Source: Casimicrobiaceae bacterium
Lineage (GTDB): Bacteria; Pseudomonadota; Gammaproteobacteria; Burkholderiales; Casimicrobiaceae
Reading direction: 5' to 3'
DNA: 64,000 nt
Assembly: GCA_044226265.1 (NCBI GenBank)
Contig: JBGAHH010000006.1
Coordinates: forward strand, 6,556 to 70,555
Below, piece after piece: positions 35,862 through 45,046 of this stretch; the first letter of the stretch is position 1; each line of letters opens with the position of its first letter. A program made the translations under genes and the position numbers. The notes below the pieces were generated by a model, which did not search any database, was not told the DNA's origin, and worked only from the letters and a program-made list of their open reading frames with translations.

Positions 35862-36211
35862 CCGAGTTCAACGACGGAAGGATCGTGCTGAACAGCGTGG
35901 GCAACACGCTGAAGGAGGTCGAGGCCGGCTTCGAACCGCGGATTCAGGGCAACCCCGCCGAGCTCCAGCCCGGCAAGCGATGGCGTATGCGGTGCCGCCG
36001 GTGGAGAGGCGGCGAGTGGGGGGAGTCCTGCTCCGACCTGCACGTGGCCGCGCGAATGGGTCCAGGCGGCTGCCGGGGCGTTCGAAGCCTTCCGCATCGA
36101 CGGCGAGGGCTTCAAGCTCAATGCCGGCACACGTCTCGTCTGCGTCGCGTGGCTGGTGCCGGGACCCACCTCGCGCTTCGAACCAGCCGGATGCACGGGT
36201 CGCAGGCGTGA
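35862..36211 (+). pseudogene. Decayed third copy of the caspase-paralog C-terminal module
   Basis: EFNDGRIVLNSVGN...FEPRIQGNPAELQPGKRW...DLHVAAR aligns by eye with paralogs 1 and 2. After a frameshift near 36055-36062 the next frame reads AFEAFRIDGEGFKLNAGTRLVCVAWLVPG. An internal deletion precedes a shared ...CAGGCGTGA end. The signal peptide and protease domain are absent. Confidence 0.65.
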
Positions 36212-36239
36212 TCCGACGACCCGACGGGGAGGCGGCTTG

Positions 36240-36385
36240 CCATCACGGCAGCCCTGCGCCGGGTTGCCTCGTCTTCCGGGGTCGGCCTTGGACCCGACGG
36301 GCCTTCTGTGACCCGACGGGCGTCGGGCTGAAGCCCGCCCCGACTGAGCGCGGAGTGCGGGTCGGACTTCCGTCCCACCCGCACC
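36240..36385. repeat. REP-like palindrome cluster between the caspase array and the convergent S8 protease gene
   Basis: Repeated CCCGAC/GTCGG half-sites: GTCGGGCTGAAGCCCG (36322-36337) and GCGGGTCGGAC-TTCC-GTCCCACCCGC (36357-36382). Same family as 4660 and 6201. Confidence 0.5.
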
Positions 36386-36419
36386 CGTTCGTCCAACGTG
36401 TCGGGTCGAAGGTCGACGC

Positions 36420-38588
36420 CTAGATCGGCGAGCAGAACGCGACGCCGTTCGTGCCGTCCGGCACCCAGCCCCGGTTGATCATCGCGCGCCGCACCGAGAG
36501 GTCCGGCGTGTGCCGGTGGTTCGCGTCCTGCCGGTTGTTGAAGAACCGGTAGATCGGGATCGTGCCCTCGCGGCACGCGCCGGTGGCGTCGGGCACCTCG
36601 ATGTAGAACACCGCGGGGTTCTCGAGGATCCAGATGCCGGGCCAGCGTGCCTGGACGAACTGGCATTCCGCCGCGTTCGCGGTGAAGAAGTGGGAGCGGA
36701 TCAGCCCGCCCGCGTAGAAGCGGCACACCGGTTGCGCCGTCGGCGGCGCGAGGAACGGAACCGGGTACGCGAAGAACACGATGCCGGTGCGCTGCCACTG
36801 CGTGAGGTAGGTGTCGAGGGCCGCGATCTCGTTCGGGTCCGCGGTGATGAAATAGTGGTCGGCGGCCGCGTCGTAGTATTCGATGACCGGCACCGCGTTG
36901 GGCGGGATGACGCCGGTCGCGGGCGGCGTGCTCGCGACGGCCGCGCCCGCGTCGAGCAGGCCCGAGCCGCAGACGCCGCCCGCGCGGCATTGCGCGCCGA
37001 TCGGGAAGTCGCGCGTCGTGCCGGTGAGGATCGACAGCACGCGGCCGGGCGTGAGCAGCGGATTGCGCGCGATCATCAGCGACGCGGTGCCCGAGACGAG
37101 CGGCGCCGAGAAGCTCGTGCCCGCCGCGATCGCGTACGCCGGATCGCCGGGCGTGGTGTCGCCGAGCGCGTAGGTCGACAGCACGAGCGAGCCCACGTCG
37201 CCGCCGTCGCCGCCGGGTGCCGAGAGGTCGACGCGCGCGCCGTAGTTCGAGTAGCCGGTGCGATCGCCGTTGTTGCCGGTGGCGGCGACGGTGACGACGC
37301 CGCCGCAGTTCGCCGGCGACCAGTTCGCCGCGTCGTCGGACGCGTTGCCCGCCGCGGCGACGACCACCGCGCCCTGCGCGAGCGCGTCGTCGATCGCTTC
37401 CTGGACCGCGGACGAGCACGCGCCGTAGCCGGCGAGGCTCATGTTGATCACGCGCGCGGGATTGGGATTCGGCGGCACGCCGTCGATCTGCACGCCGGAC
37501 GCCCACAGCATGCCCTCGAACACGTCCGCGTCGGTGCCGCCGCACTTCGCGAGCACGCGCACCGGCAGGATCTTCGCGTTCCAGTCCATGCCGGCCATGC
37601 CGACGCCGTTGTTCGTGTTCGCCGCGATGAGGCCCGTGACGAACAGCCCGTGGAAGAAGCTGTCCTGCGCGGGCGCACCGTCGTAGCACTCGTTCGCGCC
37701 CTCCCAGTCGCCCTCGTCGCGCGGGTTCGGGTCGCGACCGTCGCCGTCGCGCGCACGCGCGGGATCGGAGACGAAGTCGTAGCCCGCGAGCACGCGGCCG
37801 TCGAGGTCGGGGTGGGGCAGGATGCCGGTGTCGATGACCGCGACCGCGATCGACGCCGAGCCCTTCTGCACGTCCCACGCGGCCGGCGCGTTGACGCCGG
37901 CGACCGGATCGGTCAGCGCCCACTGGTTGGCGAACAGCGGGTCGTTCGGGATCACCTGCGGGAGCACCCGGCGCACCGGGTCCGCGTACGCCACCGTCGC
38001 GTCCTGCTGCAGCGTCGCGGCGAGCGCGGCGAGCGCGTCGGGCGGACGCGCGACCGCGATCGACAGCATCCAGACGTTGCCGACCTTGCGTTCCGCGGCG
38101 ACCGGCGTCCCGAGCAGCGCGGCGTATCGCGGCGCGAGCGTCGACCAGTCTTCGGGGACGCCGTCGGCGAGGCGCACCATCAATCGATTGCCCGCCGCGC
38201 GGAAGCGCGGATCCGCAGCCGACGCCGCCTTCGCGACCGCCTGCGGCGGACGGATCGGCTGCGCCCACAGCACCGAGCGGTCCTCGCGCAGGACCTTCGC
38301 GATCCGCGCCGCGCCCGCATCGTCGACCGGTCCCGCGACGGAGAGCTCGAGCGCGCCGGTGCGCGTCGTGCCCGTGAGCGTGAACGAAGCGCCCGCGACG
38401 CGCTCGAGCTTCGCGAGCATCGCGTCGGTGAGCGTGCCGCGCGGCGCCGCCGACGGATGCAGCATCACGCGCACGCCGGCGGACGCGTCGGCGAAGGCAG
38501 GCGCAGCGAGGGCGGCAGCCCCCAGCGTCGCGAGCGCCAGGATCGCGTCAAGGATGCGTGGCGTCGGGCGGGCTCTCGTGGTGGCCAT
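36420..38588 (-). CDS. Exported S8-family (subtilisin-like) serine peptidase with C-terminal repeat domain
   Basis: Signal peptide ending PAFADA, propeptide-like region. Triad contexts VAVIDTGI (Asp), FHGLFVTG (His), GTSFSAPLVSG (Ser). The C-terminus has three HYF/HFF-type repeats (DHYFITADPNE, SHFFTANAAE, NHRHTPD) reminiscent of DUF5648. Confidence 0.9.
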   Translation of the reverse strand: MATTRARPTPRILDAILALATLGAAALAAPAFADASAGVRVMLHPSAAPRGTLTDAMLAKLERVAGASFTLTGTTRTGALELSVAGPVDDAGAARIAKVLREDRSVLWAQPIRPPQAVAKAASAADPRFRAAGNRLMVRLADGVPEDWSTLAPRYAALLGTPVAAERKVGNVWMLSIAVARPPDALAALAATLQQDATVAYADPVRRVLPQVIPNDPLFANQWALTDPVAGVNAPAAWDVQKGSASIAVAVIDTGILPHPDLDGRVLAGYDFVSDPARARDGDGRDPNPRDEGDWEGANECYDGAPAQDSFFHGLFVTGLIAANTNNGVGMAGMDWNAKILPVRVLAKCGGTDADVFEGMLWASGVQIDGVPPNPNPARVINMSLAGYGACSSAVQEAIDDALAQGAVVVAAAGNASDDAANWSPANCGGVVTVAATGNNGDRTGYSNYGARVDLSAPGGDGGDVGSLVLSTYALGDTTPGDPAYAIAAGTSFSAPLVSGTASLMIARNPLLTPGRVLSILTGTTRDFPIGAQCRAGGVCGSGLLDAGAAVASTPPATGVIPPNAVPVIEYYDAAADHYFITADPNEIAALDTYLTQWQRTGIVFFAYPVPFLAPPTAQPVCRFYAGGLIRSHFFTANAAECQFVQARWPGIWILENPAVFYIEVPDATGACREGTIPIYRFFNNRQDANHRHTPDLSVRRAMINRGWVPDGTNGVAFCSPI

Positions 38589-38717
38589 GCGTGGGCTCCA
38601 TCGGTCGTGACGCGGCGCGAGGCCGAGCCCCGGTCCGATGCAAGATCGGTGCCATGGCGTCGGGCTCCGCGCGGGCGCCCGGTCGAGGATAGCGAAAGGC
38701 CCGCTGTGTGTCGCGGG

Positions 38718-39542
38718 TCAGGCGCGTTTCGCGGCGACCTCGCGGACCATCGCGGACCGGAAAGGCGACAGCGCCTGGACCATCTGGGCGAACACCTTCG
38801 GATTCGCGGCGATGACCTGGCCGCCGTGCAGGTAGTCGCCCTCGCCGGACAGGTCGCCGATGAGGCCGCCTGCCTCGAGCACGAGCAGGCTCCCCGCGGC
38901 GACGTCCCAGGGATTGAGCCCCACCTCGAAGAAGCCGTCGTAGCAGCCGGCCGCGACGTACGCGAGGTCGAGCGCCGCGGCCCCGGGGCGGCGGAGGCCC
39001 GCGGTCTGCGTGATCATCTCGCGCATCATCGCGAGGTAGGTGTCGAGGAAGCTGCCGTCGCGGAACGGGAAGCCGGTCCCGATCAGGCACTCGCGCAGAT
39101 GCTGACGCTTGCTGACGCGGATGCGGCGGTCGTTCTGGAATGCGCCGCGCCCCCGCGTGGCGGTGAAGAGGTCGTTGCGCACCGGGTCGTAGATGACGCC
39201 CTGCGTCACGACGCCGCGGTGCATCAGCGCGATCGACACGCAGTACTGGGGGAAGCCGTGCAGGAAGTTCGTCGTGCCGTCGAGCGGGTCGATCACCCAG
39301 ACGTGCTCGGCCTCCTGGTTCTTTCCCTTCGCCGTGCCTTCCTCGGCGAGGACCGCGTGGTCGGGGTAGGCGCCGAGCAGCGTGTCGACGATCGCGGCCT
39401 CGGCCGCGTGGTCGATCTCGCTCACGAAGTCCTTCGGGCCCTTCGAGCTGACCTTGAGCAGGTCGAGGTCGCGTGCGCCGCGATTGATGATGTTGCCGGC
39501 GCGGCGTGCCGCCTTGACGGCGGTCGTGAGCATCGGGTGCAT
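38718..39542 (-). CDS. suhB: Inositol monophosphatase family protein SuhB
   Basis: Start MHPMLTT at 39542. [22 protein letters not shown] motifs. Confidence 0.9.
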   Translation of the reverse strand: MHPMLTTAVKAARRAGNIINRGARDLDLLKVSSKGPKDFVSEIDHAAEAAIVDTLLGAYPDHAVLAEEGTAKGKNQEAEHVWVIDPLDGTTNFLHGFPQYCVSIALMHRGVVTQGVIYDPVRNDLFTATRGRGAFQNDRRIRVSKRQHLRECLIGTGFPFRDGSFLDTYLAMMREMITQTAGLRRPGAAALDLAYVAAGCYDGFFEVGLNPWDVAAGSLLVLEAGGLIGDLSGEGDYLHGGQVIAANPKVFAQMVQALSPFRSAMVREVAAKRA

Positions 39543-39626
39543 GGCGGTCGGGCGCGCCGCGGTCGGCGGACGCGGGGAACAAAGAGCGGGATTCCCCGCT
39601 ATTCTACGCGCCTCCCAAGCGCGCCC

Positions 39627-40379
39627 ATGGACGACGAACCCGCTCCCGCGCCCACGCTCGCCCGGCTTGCCGTCGTGCTGGTCGCGACGAGCCACCCGGG
39701 CAACATCGGCGCCTCCGCGCGCGCGATGCTGGCGATGGGGCTCGAGCGCCTCGTGCTCGTCGCGCCGGCGCGCTTCCCCGATCCCGAGGCGACCGCGCGC
39801 GCGACCGGCGCGACCGCGGTGCTCGAGCGCGCCCGCGTGGTCGAGTCGCTGGGCGCCGCGCTCGACGGCGTCGCGTGCTCGATCGGCTTCACCGCGCGGC
39901 CGCGCGAGTTCGCGGGCGAGGTGCTCTCCGCACGCGAGGCGGCGGGCCTGGCGATCGCGTCGCTGCGCGCCGGGCGCGACGCGGCGTTCGTGTTCGGCAC
40001 CGAGATGTCGGGCCTGTCGAACGACGAGCTCGCGAGCTGCACCGCGGTGGCGACGATTCCCGCGAATCCGGCGTTCAGCTCGCTCAACCTCGCCTCGGCC
40101 GTGCAGGTCGCGGCGTACGAGGCGCGCGTCGCCGCGCACGGCGACGCGGTGTGGCGCGCGCCGCGCTTCGCGCCGGCGACGCACGAGGCGATCGAAGGGC
40201 TCGTCGCACACGCCGAGCGCACGTTCGTCGCGATGCGGTTCCTGCACCCGGAGATGCCGCGCCGGCTGATGCCGAGGCTGCGGCGGCTCTTCGCGCGCGC
40301 CGGCCTCGAGCGCGAGGAGGTGAACATCCTGCGCGGCATCCTCGCGCGAATCGACCAGCTGATCGGGAGGGCGCGATGA
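39627..40379 (+). CDS. trmJ: SpoU/TrmH-class tRNA 2'-O-methyltransferase TrmJ
   Basis: 250 aa. [52 protein letters not shown] motifs. Divergent from suhB, as in many proteobacteria. Confidence 0.85.
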   Translation: MDDEPAPAPTLARLAVVLVATSHPGNIGASARAMLAMGLERLVLVAPARFPDPEATARATGATAVLERARVVESLGAALDGVACSIGFTARPREFAGEVLSAREAAGLAIASLRAGRDAAFVFGTEMSGLSNDELASCTAVATIPANPAFSSLNLASAVQVAAYEARVAAHGDAVWRAPRFAPATHEAIEGLVAHAERTFVAMRFLHPEMPRRLMPRLRRLFARAGLEREEVNILRGILARIDQLIGRAR

Positions 40380-41452
40380 GCGCGCGCGCGCTCCGGCTCT
40401 TCCGCAGGACGCCCAGGGACGTGGACGATCGCCCGCCCGGCGACACGCGCTGCCGCAACTGCGGCGCCGACGCGCCGGGCGCGTACTGCCCTTCGTGCGG
40501 GCAGGAGACGCGGATCGCGCTGCCGAAGGCGTCGCAGTTCCTGCGCGAGGCCGCGGGACGCTACGTCGCCTTCGACGGCAGGATGTGGCGCACGCTCGCG
40601 CTGCTGCTCGCCCGGCCGGGCTTCCTCACGCGCGAGTACCTCGCGGGCAGGCGCATCCGCTACGTGCGCCCGGCGAGGCTCGTGCTGGTGCTGGCGATCG
40701 TGCTGTTCGCGGCGATCCGGCTCACGAACGACGACGAGGCGATCCTGGTGAAGGTGGGCGGCGACGCTCCGCCGCCGGCGACCCCGGCGGCAGGTGCGCC
40801 AGCGACGGGCGCGCCGCCGGCCAAAGCACCCGCCAAGGCGCCTTCGGCCAGGCCCGCGCCGGCCGCGGCGACGCCGGAGCCGGCGGGGAAGGCCCTGGTC
40901 GAGCTCGACGGCGAGCCGCTCAAGATCGACGCGGGGCCGGCGCGCATCGAGATCGACGAGGACCTCGACATCGACGTCGCGGGGCTCTCGTCGCCGCTCG
41001 GGCAGCGCTTCGCGAAGCGGCTCACGAGCTTCAACCGGCTCGATCGCGGCGAGAAGGTCCGCGCGATCGTCGCGGGCATGCTGCGCTTCGGGCCGTACGC
41101 GCTCGTCGCGCTCCTGCCCGCGTTCGCGCTGATGATGCAGCTCCTGTACCTCGGCCGCTCGCGCCGCTACCCGGGCCGCCCGCGGCGCTACGCCGAGCAC
41201 CTCGTGTTCGGCGCGCACAACCACGCGTTCGCCGCGCTGCTCCTCACGATCGCCGTCGTCACGCCCACCGGGCCGCTGACCGCGCTGCTGGCGCTCTGGG
41301 CCGCCGTCTACCTGCCCTGGTCGATGCACGCGGTGTACGGCGGGCGCTGGATCGGCGTGTTCGCCCGCACGCTCGTCGCGTCGGTCGTCTACCTCGTCCT
41401 GTTCTCGCTCGCGGTCGCGGCGCTCGTCGTCGTCGCGGTGCTCTTCCGGTAG
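40376..41452 (+). CDS. DUF3667-like zinc-ribbon membrane protein
   Basis: ATG overlaps the trmJ stop (ATGA). [17 protein letters not shown] zinc ribbon, then [16 protein letters not shown] and several TM helices. Confidence 0.7.
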   Translation: MSARALRLFRRTPRDVDDRPPGDTRCRNCGADAPGAYCPSCGQETRIALPKASQFLREAAGRYVAFDGRMWRTLALLLARPGFLTREYLAGRRIRYVRPARLVLVLAIVLFAAIRLTNDDEAILVKVGGDAPPPATPAAGAPATGAPPAKAPAKAPSARPAPAAATPEPAGKALVELDGEPLKIDAGPARIEIDEDLDIDVAGLSSPLGQRFAKRLTSFNRLDRGEKVRAIVAGMLRFGPYALVALLPAFALMMQLLYLGRSRRYPGRPRRYAEHLVFGAHNHAFAALLLTIAVVTPTGPLTALLALWAAVYLPWSMHAVYGGRWIGVFARTLVASVVYLVLFSLAVAALVVVAVLFR

Positions 41453-41466
41453 CGCGTCGCGCGTCG

Positions 41467-42303
41467 TCAGCAGCGCGCGCCGAGCCACGCGAGCACGTCG
41501 CGCGCGACCTGGTCGCGCACGTCGTCGAGCAGCAGGTGGTGGTAGGCGCCCGGGTAGGTCAGGAGCGTCTTGTCGCGCGCGCCGGCGATCGCGGCGAGCG
41601 CGATCGTGCCGTCGGCGGGCACGATGCGATCCGCGAGGCCGTGCATGAGCAGGAGCGGCGAAGCGATGTCGTCCGCGCGCCGCATCACGCGCTCGATGCC
41701 GTCGAGCGTGGCGCGCGCGAGCGCCGGCGTGATCTTCCCGAGCTGCAGGCGCGGGTCGTCGAGGTAGTCGGCGAGGGCGACCGGGTCGCGCGCGATGCCT
41801 GAAAGGTCGAGCCCCGGGTCGAGCCTGAGGCGCGGCGCGAGGGCGGCGAGCAGCGGAAGCGCGCGCCGCGCGAGGCCGGTCGCGCCGCTCGCGTCGAGCG
41901 CGGGCGCGCCGGCGATGATGCCGGCGAGGCTCTCGTGCGGCTCGAACGCCGCGGTGAGCGCGAGCAGGCCGCCGAGGCTGCCTCCCATCACGAAGACCGG
42001 GCGGCCGTTCCCCTCGTCGGCCGCGAGCGCGATCGCGTTCGACAGATCCGAGGTGAGCACCGCGAGGTCGCGCGCGTAGAGCCTCGGCCCCTGCGATTCA
42101 CCGTGGCCGCGCAGGTCGAACGCGAGCACCGCGAAGCCGTTCGCGGCGATCGTTTCGTAGAAGCGCAGGTAGGGCTTGGCGCGCCGGTGCTCGCCCAGCC
42201 CGTGCATGAACACGACCGCGGCGCGCGGCTCGCCGGCCGGGAGCCAGCGCTCGGCGGCGAGATGCACGCCGGAAGGCGGTCCCGCGTTCGATCCGTCGGG
42301 CAT
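41467..42303 (-). CDS. Alpha/beta hydrolase (lysophospholipase/monoacylglycerol lipase-like)
   Basis: 278 aa. HGLGEH oxyanion region and GGSLGG nucleophile elbow. Confidence 0.8.
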   Translation of the reverse strand: MPDGSNAGPPSGVHLAAERWLPAGEPRAAVVFMHGLGEHRRAKPYLRFYETIAANGFAVLAFDLRGHGESQGPRLYARDLAVLTSDLSNAIALAADEGNGRPVFVMGGSLGGLLALTAAFEPHESLAGIIAGAPALDASGATGLARRALPLLAALAPRLRLDPGLDLSGIARDPVALADYLDDPRLQLGKITPALARATLDGIERVMRRADDIASPLLLMHGLADRIVPADGTIALAAIAGARDKTLLTYPGAYHHLLLDDVRDQVARDVLAWLGARC

Positions 42304-42379
42304 GGAGGGGCGGGGGCCTCGTGGGCTGGAGCCGGCGGCAGTTTAGCAAGGGCTCCGTCGTCCGCACGGACGGGGTGGA

Positions 42380-42412
42380 ATAGTTGAGCAAATTCATCGG
42401 GTATGAGAGAAT
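42380..42412 (+). promoter_or_regulatory. IscR type-1-like box overlapping a putative cysE promoter
   Basis: ATAGTTGAGCAAATTCATCGGGTAT (42380-42404) matches most positions of the type-1 consensus ATASYYGACTRWWWYAGTCRRSTAT. TTGAGC-17 nt-GAGAAT promoter-like spacing. Confidence 0.45.
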
Positions 42413-42418
42413 GACCCC

Positions 42419-43174
42419 ATGTTCGACCGGCTGAAAGAAGACATCGCCGTCGTGTTCGACCGCGACCCCGCGGCGCGCACGCGCTGGGAGGTGCTGACCT
42501 GCTATCCGGGCCTGCACGCGCTCGCCTGGCACCGCGCGGTGGCGAATCCGCTGTGGCGACGCGGCTACAAGTGGCTCGCGCGCCTGGTCTCGCACCTTTC
42601 CCGGTTCTTCACCGGCATCGAGATCCATCCGGGCGCGACGATCGGGCGCCGCGTGTTCATCGACCACGGCATGGGCATCGTGATCGGGGAGACGGCCGAG
42701 ATCGGCGACGACGCGACGCTCTACCACGGCGTCACGCTCGGCGGGACGTCGTGGAACAAGGGCAAGCGGCACCCGACGCTCGGGCGCAACGTCGTGGTGG
42801 GCGCGGGCGCGAAGATCCTCGGTCCGATCACCGTCGGAGACGACGCGAAGGTCGGATCGAACGCGGTGGTCGTCCGCGACGTGCCGCCGGGCGCCACGGC
42901 GGTCGGCATCCCCGCGAGGATCCACACCGCGGAGGACGCCCAGCGCCAGGAACAGCAGGCGGCGAAGATCGGGTTCTCCGCCTACGCGATCGGCAAGGAG
43001 ATGGACGATCCGGTCGTGCAGGCGCTGCACAAGCTCCTGGACCACGTCTCGGCGACGGACGCGCGCCTCGATCGGCTCGTCGACGGCCTCAAGCACAGCG
43101 GCGTCGAGTGCGGCGACGACCGGGCGGTCGCGGACGGCTTCGATCCGCAGCAGATCAACCGGACGCTGGGTTGA
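42419..43174 (+). CDS. cysE: Serine O-acetyltransferase CysE
   Basis: 251 aa. DPAAR..., hexapeptide-repeat core [30 protein letters not shown]...LGGT. Confidence 0.9.
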   Translation: MFDRLKEDIAVVFDRDPAARTRWEVLTCYPGLHALAWHRAVANPLWRRGYKWLARLVSHLSRFFTGIEIHPGATIGRRVFIDHGMGIVIGETAEIGDDATLYHGVTLGGTSWNKGKRHPTLGRNVVVGAGAKILGPITVGDDAKVGSNAVVVRDVPPGATAVGIPARIHTAEDAQRQEQQAAKIGFSAYAIGKEMDDPVVQALHKLLDHVSATDARLDRLVDGLKHSGVECGDDRAVADGFDPQQINRTLG

Positions 43175-43187
43175 ACTTCGGGCCCAT

Positions 43188-43220
43188 ATAGTTGACTAAA
43201 TCGTTCGGGAATAGTAGGAT
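43188..43220 (+). promoter_or_regulatory. IscR type-1 box overlapping the iscR promoter
   Basis: ATAGTTGACTAAATCGTTCGGGAAT (43188-43212) closely resembles the E. coli iscR promoter site and the type-1 consensus. TTGACT-17 nt-TAGGAT promoter-like elements. A downstream AGTAGG...CCTACT inverted repeat runs to about 43250. Confidence 0.6.
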
Positions 43221-43329
43221 GTTGATTGCGAAGGGAAATTCACCCTACTGAGCGCATGGGAATGCCATGCGCCGGGCCGCTCCCCCGTTTCCCCGGGGCC
43301 GGCCGAGCGGACAGACGAAGGATGCCTCC

Positions 43330-43812
43330 ATGCGCCTGACGACCAAGGGCCGGTTCGCGGTGACCGCGATGATCGACGTCGCGATGCAGGGCCAGCAGGG
43401 CCCGGTGACGCTCTCCGCGGTGTCCGAGCGCCAGAAGATCTCGCTCTCGTACCTCGAGCAGCTGTTCGGCAAGCTCCGCCGCGCGGGGCTGGTCGAGAGC
43501 GTGCGCGGGCCGGGCGGCGGCTACAACCTGGCGCGCGCGGGCGACGCGATCTCGGTCGCCGACGTGATCCTCGCGGTGGACGAGCCGATCGACGCGACGC
43601 AATGCGGCGGGCGCGAGAACTGCCTCGACGACCGCCGCTGCATGACGCATGAGCTGTGGGCGGGCCTGAACGCGCACATCTTCGCCTACCTGCGCTCGGT
43701 GACGCTGGCCGAGCTGGTGCGCCAGCAGGCCGCGCGCGCGAACGGCGAAGCGGTCGTGATGCGCGACCACCGGCCGCCGAGCCCCCGCTCGACCGAGCCC
43801 GTCACCGCCTGA
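43330..43812 (+). CDS. iscR: Fe-S cluster assembly transcriptional regulator IscR
   Basis: [18 protein letters not shown]..., Rrf2 HTH, Cys ligand region [19 protein letters not shown]. Confidence 0.9.
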   Translation: MRLTTKGRFAVTAMIDVAMQGQQGPVTLSAVSERQKISLSYLEQLFGKLRRAGLVESVRGPGGGYNLARAGDAISVADVILAVDEPIDATQCGGRENCLDDRRCMTHELWAGLNAHIFAYLRSVTLAELVRQQAARANGEAVVMRDHRPPSPRSTEPVTA

Positions 43813-43826
43813 CGCAGGACGCCGAC

Positions 43827-45035
43827 ATGAAGCTGCCGATCTACCTCGACTACTCGGCGACGACGCCGGTCGACCCGCGCGTCGCGCAGGCGATGATCCC
43901 GTGGCTCACCGAGAACTTCGGCAATCCGGCGTCGCGCTCGCACGCGTACGGCTGGGCGGCCGAGGAGGCGGTCGAGAAGGCGCGCGAGCACGTCGCCGCG
44001 CTCGTCAACTGCGATCCGCGCGAGATCGTCTGGACCTCGGGCGCGACGGAGTCGATCAACCTCGCGTTGAAGGGCGCCGCGCACTTCTACAAGGACAAGG
44101 GGCGGCACCTCGTGACGGTGAAGACCGAGCACAAGGCGACGCTCGACACGATGCGCGAGCTCGAGCGCGAGGGCTTCGAGGTCACCTACCTCGACGTCGA
44201 CGCCGAGGGCATGGTGTCGCTCGAGGCGTTCGAGGCGGCGCTCAAGCCCGGCACGATCCTCGCGTCGGTGATGATGGTGAACAACGAGATCGGCGTCGTG
44301 CAGGACGTCGCGGGCATGGGCGAGATCTGCCGCAAGCGCGGCGTGGTCTTCCACGTCGACGCGGCGCAGGCGACCGGCAAGCTGCCGATCGACCTCGGGA
44401 CGCTCAAGGTCGACCTGATGAGCTTCTCGGCGCACAAGACCTACGGCCCGAAGGGCGTCGGCGCGCTCTACGTGCGGCGGAAGCCGCGCGTCCGCATCGA
44501 GGCGCAGATGCACGGCGGCGGCCACGAGCGCGGCATGCGCTCGGGCACGCTGCCGACGCATCAGATCGTCGGCATGGGGGAGGCGTTCCGGATCGCGAAG
44601 GCCGAGATGGCCGAGGAGTGCGAGCGCATCCGCGCGCTGCGCGACCGCCTGTGGAAGGGGCTGTCGGCGATCGAGGAGGTGTACGTCAACGGCAGCCTCG
44701 CGCACCGCGTGCCGCACAACCTCAACGTCAGCTTCAACTTCGTCGAGGGCGAGAGCCTGATCATGGCGATCAAGGACGTCGCGGTGTCGTCGGGCTCGGC
44801 CTGCACGTCGGCGTCGCTCGAGCCCTCGTACGTGCTGCGCGCGCTGGGCCGCAGCGACGAGCTCGCGCACAGCTCGATCCGGTTCACGGTCGGCCGCTTC
44901 ACGACGCCGGCCGACATCGACTACACGGTCGACCTCGTGAAGCGCAAGATCGCGAAGCTGCGCGAGCTGTCGCCGCTGTGGGAGATGCACCAGGAAGGTG
45001 TCGACCTCAACGCGGTGCAGTGGGCGGCGCATTAA
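43827..45035 (+). CDS. iscS: Cysteine desulfurase IscS
   Basis: 402 aa. [27 protein letters not shown] (PLP Lys), SSGSACTS active-site Cys loop. Confidence 0.97.
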   Translation: MKLPIYLDYSATTPVDPRVAQAMIPWLTENFGNPASRSHAYGWAAEEAVEKAREHVAALVNCDPREIVWTSGATESINLALKGAAHFYKDKGRHLVTVKTEHKATLDTMRELEREGFEVTYLDVDAEGMVSLEAFEAALKPGTILASVMMVNNEIGVVQDVAGMGEICRKRGVVFHVDAAQATGKLPIDLGTLKVDLMSFSAHKTYGPKGVGALYVRRKPRVRIEAQMHGGGHERGMRSGTLPTHQIVGMGEAFRIAKAEMAEECERIRALRDRLWKGLSAIEEVYVNGSLAHRVPHNLNVSFNFVEGESLIMAIKDVAVSSGSACTSASLEPSYVLRALGRSDELAHSSIRFTVGRFTTPADIDYTVDLVKRKIAKLRELSPLWEMHQEGVDLNAVQWAAH

Positions 45036-45046
45036 AGGAGCAAGCG

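Noticed and set aside
38548-39582. 344-aa ORF overlapping suhB in another frame
   Set aside because: It gives an Arg/Pro/Gly-rich translation without motifs, whereas the suhB frame carries the inositol monophosphatase signatures.
36510-40379. 1289-aa plus-strand ORF spanning the S8 protease, suhB and trmJ region
   Set aside because: Only the last 250 codons (from ATG 39627) give a recognisable protein (TrmJ). The rest is antisense to the S8 and suhB genes and reads as Arg/Ala-rich noise.
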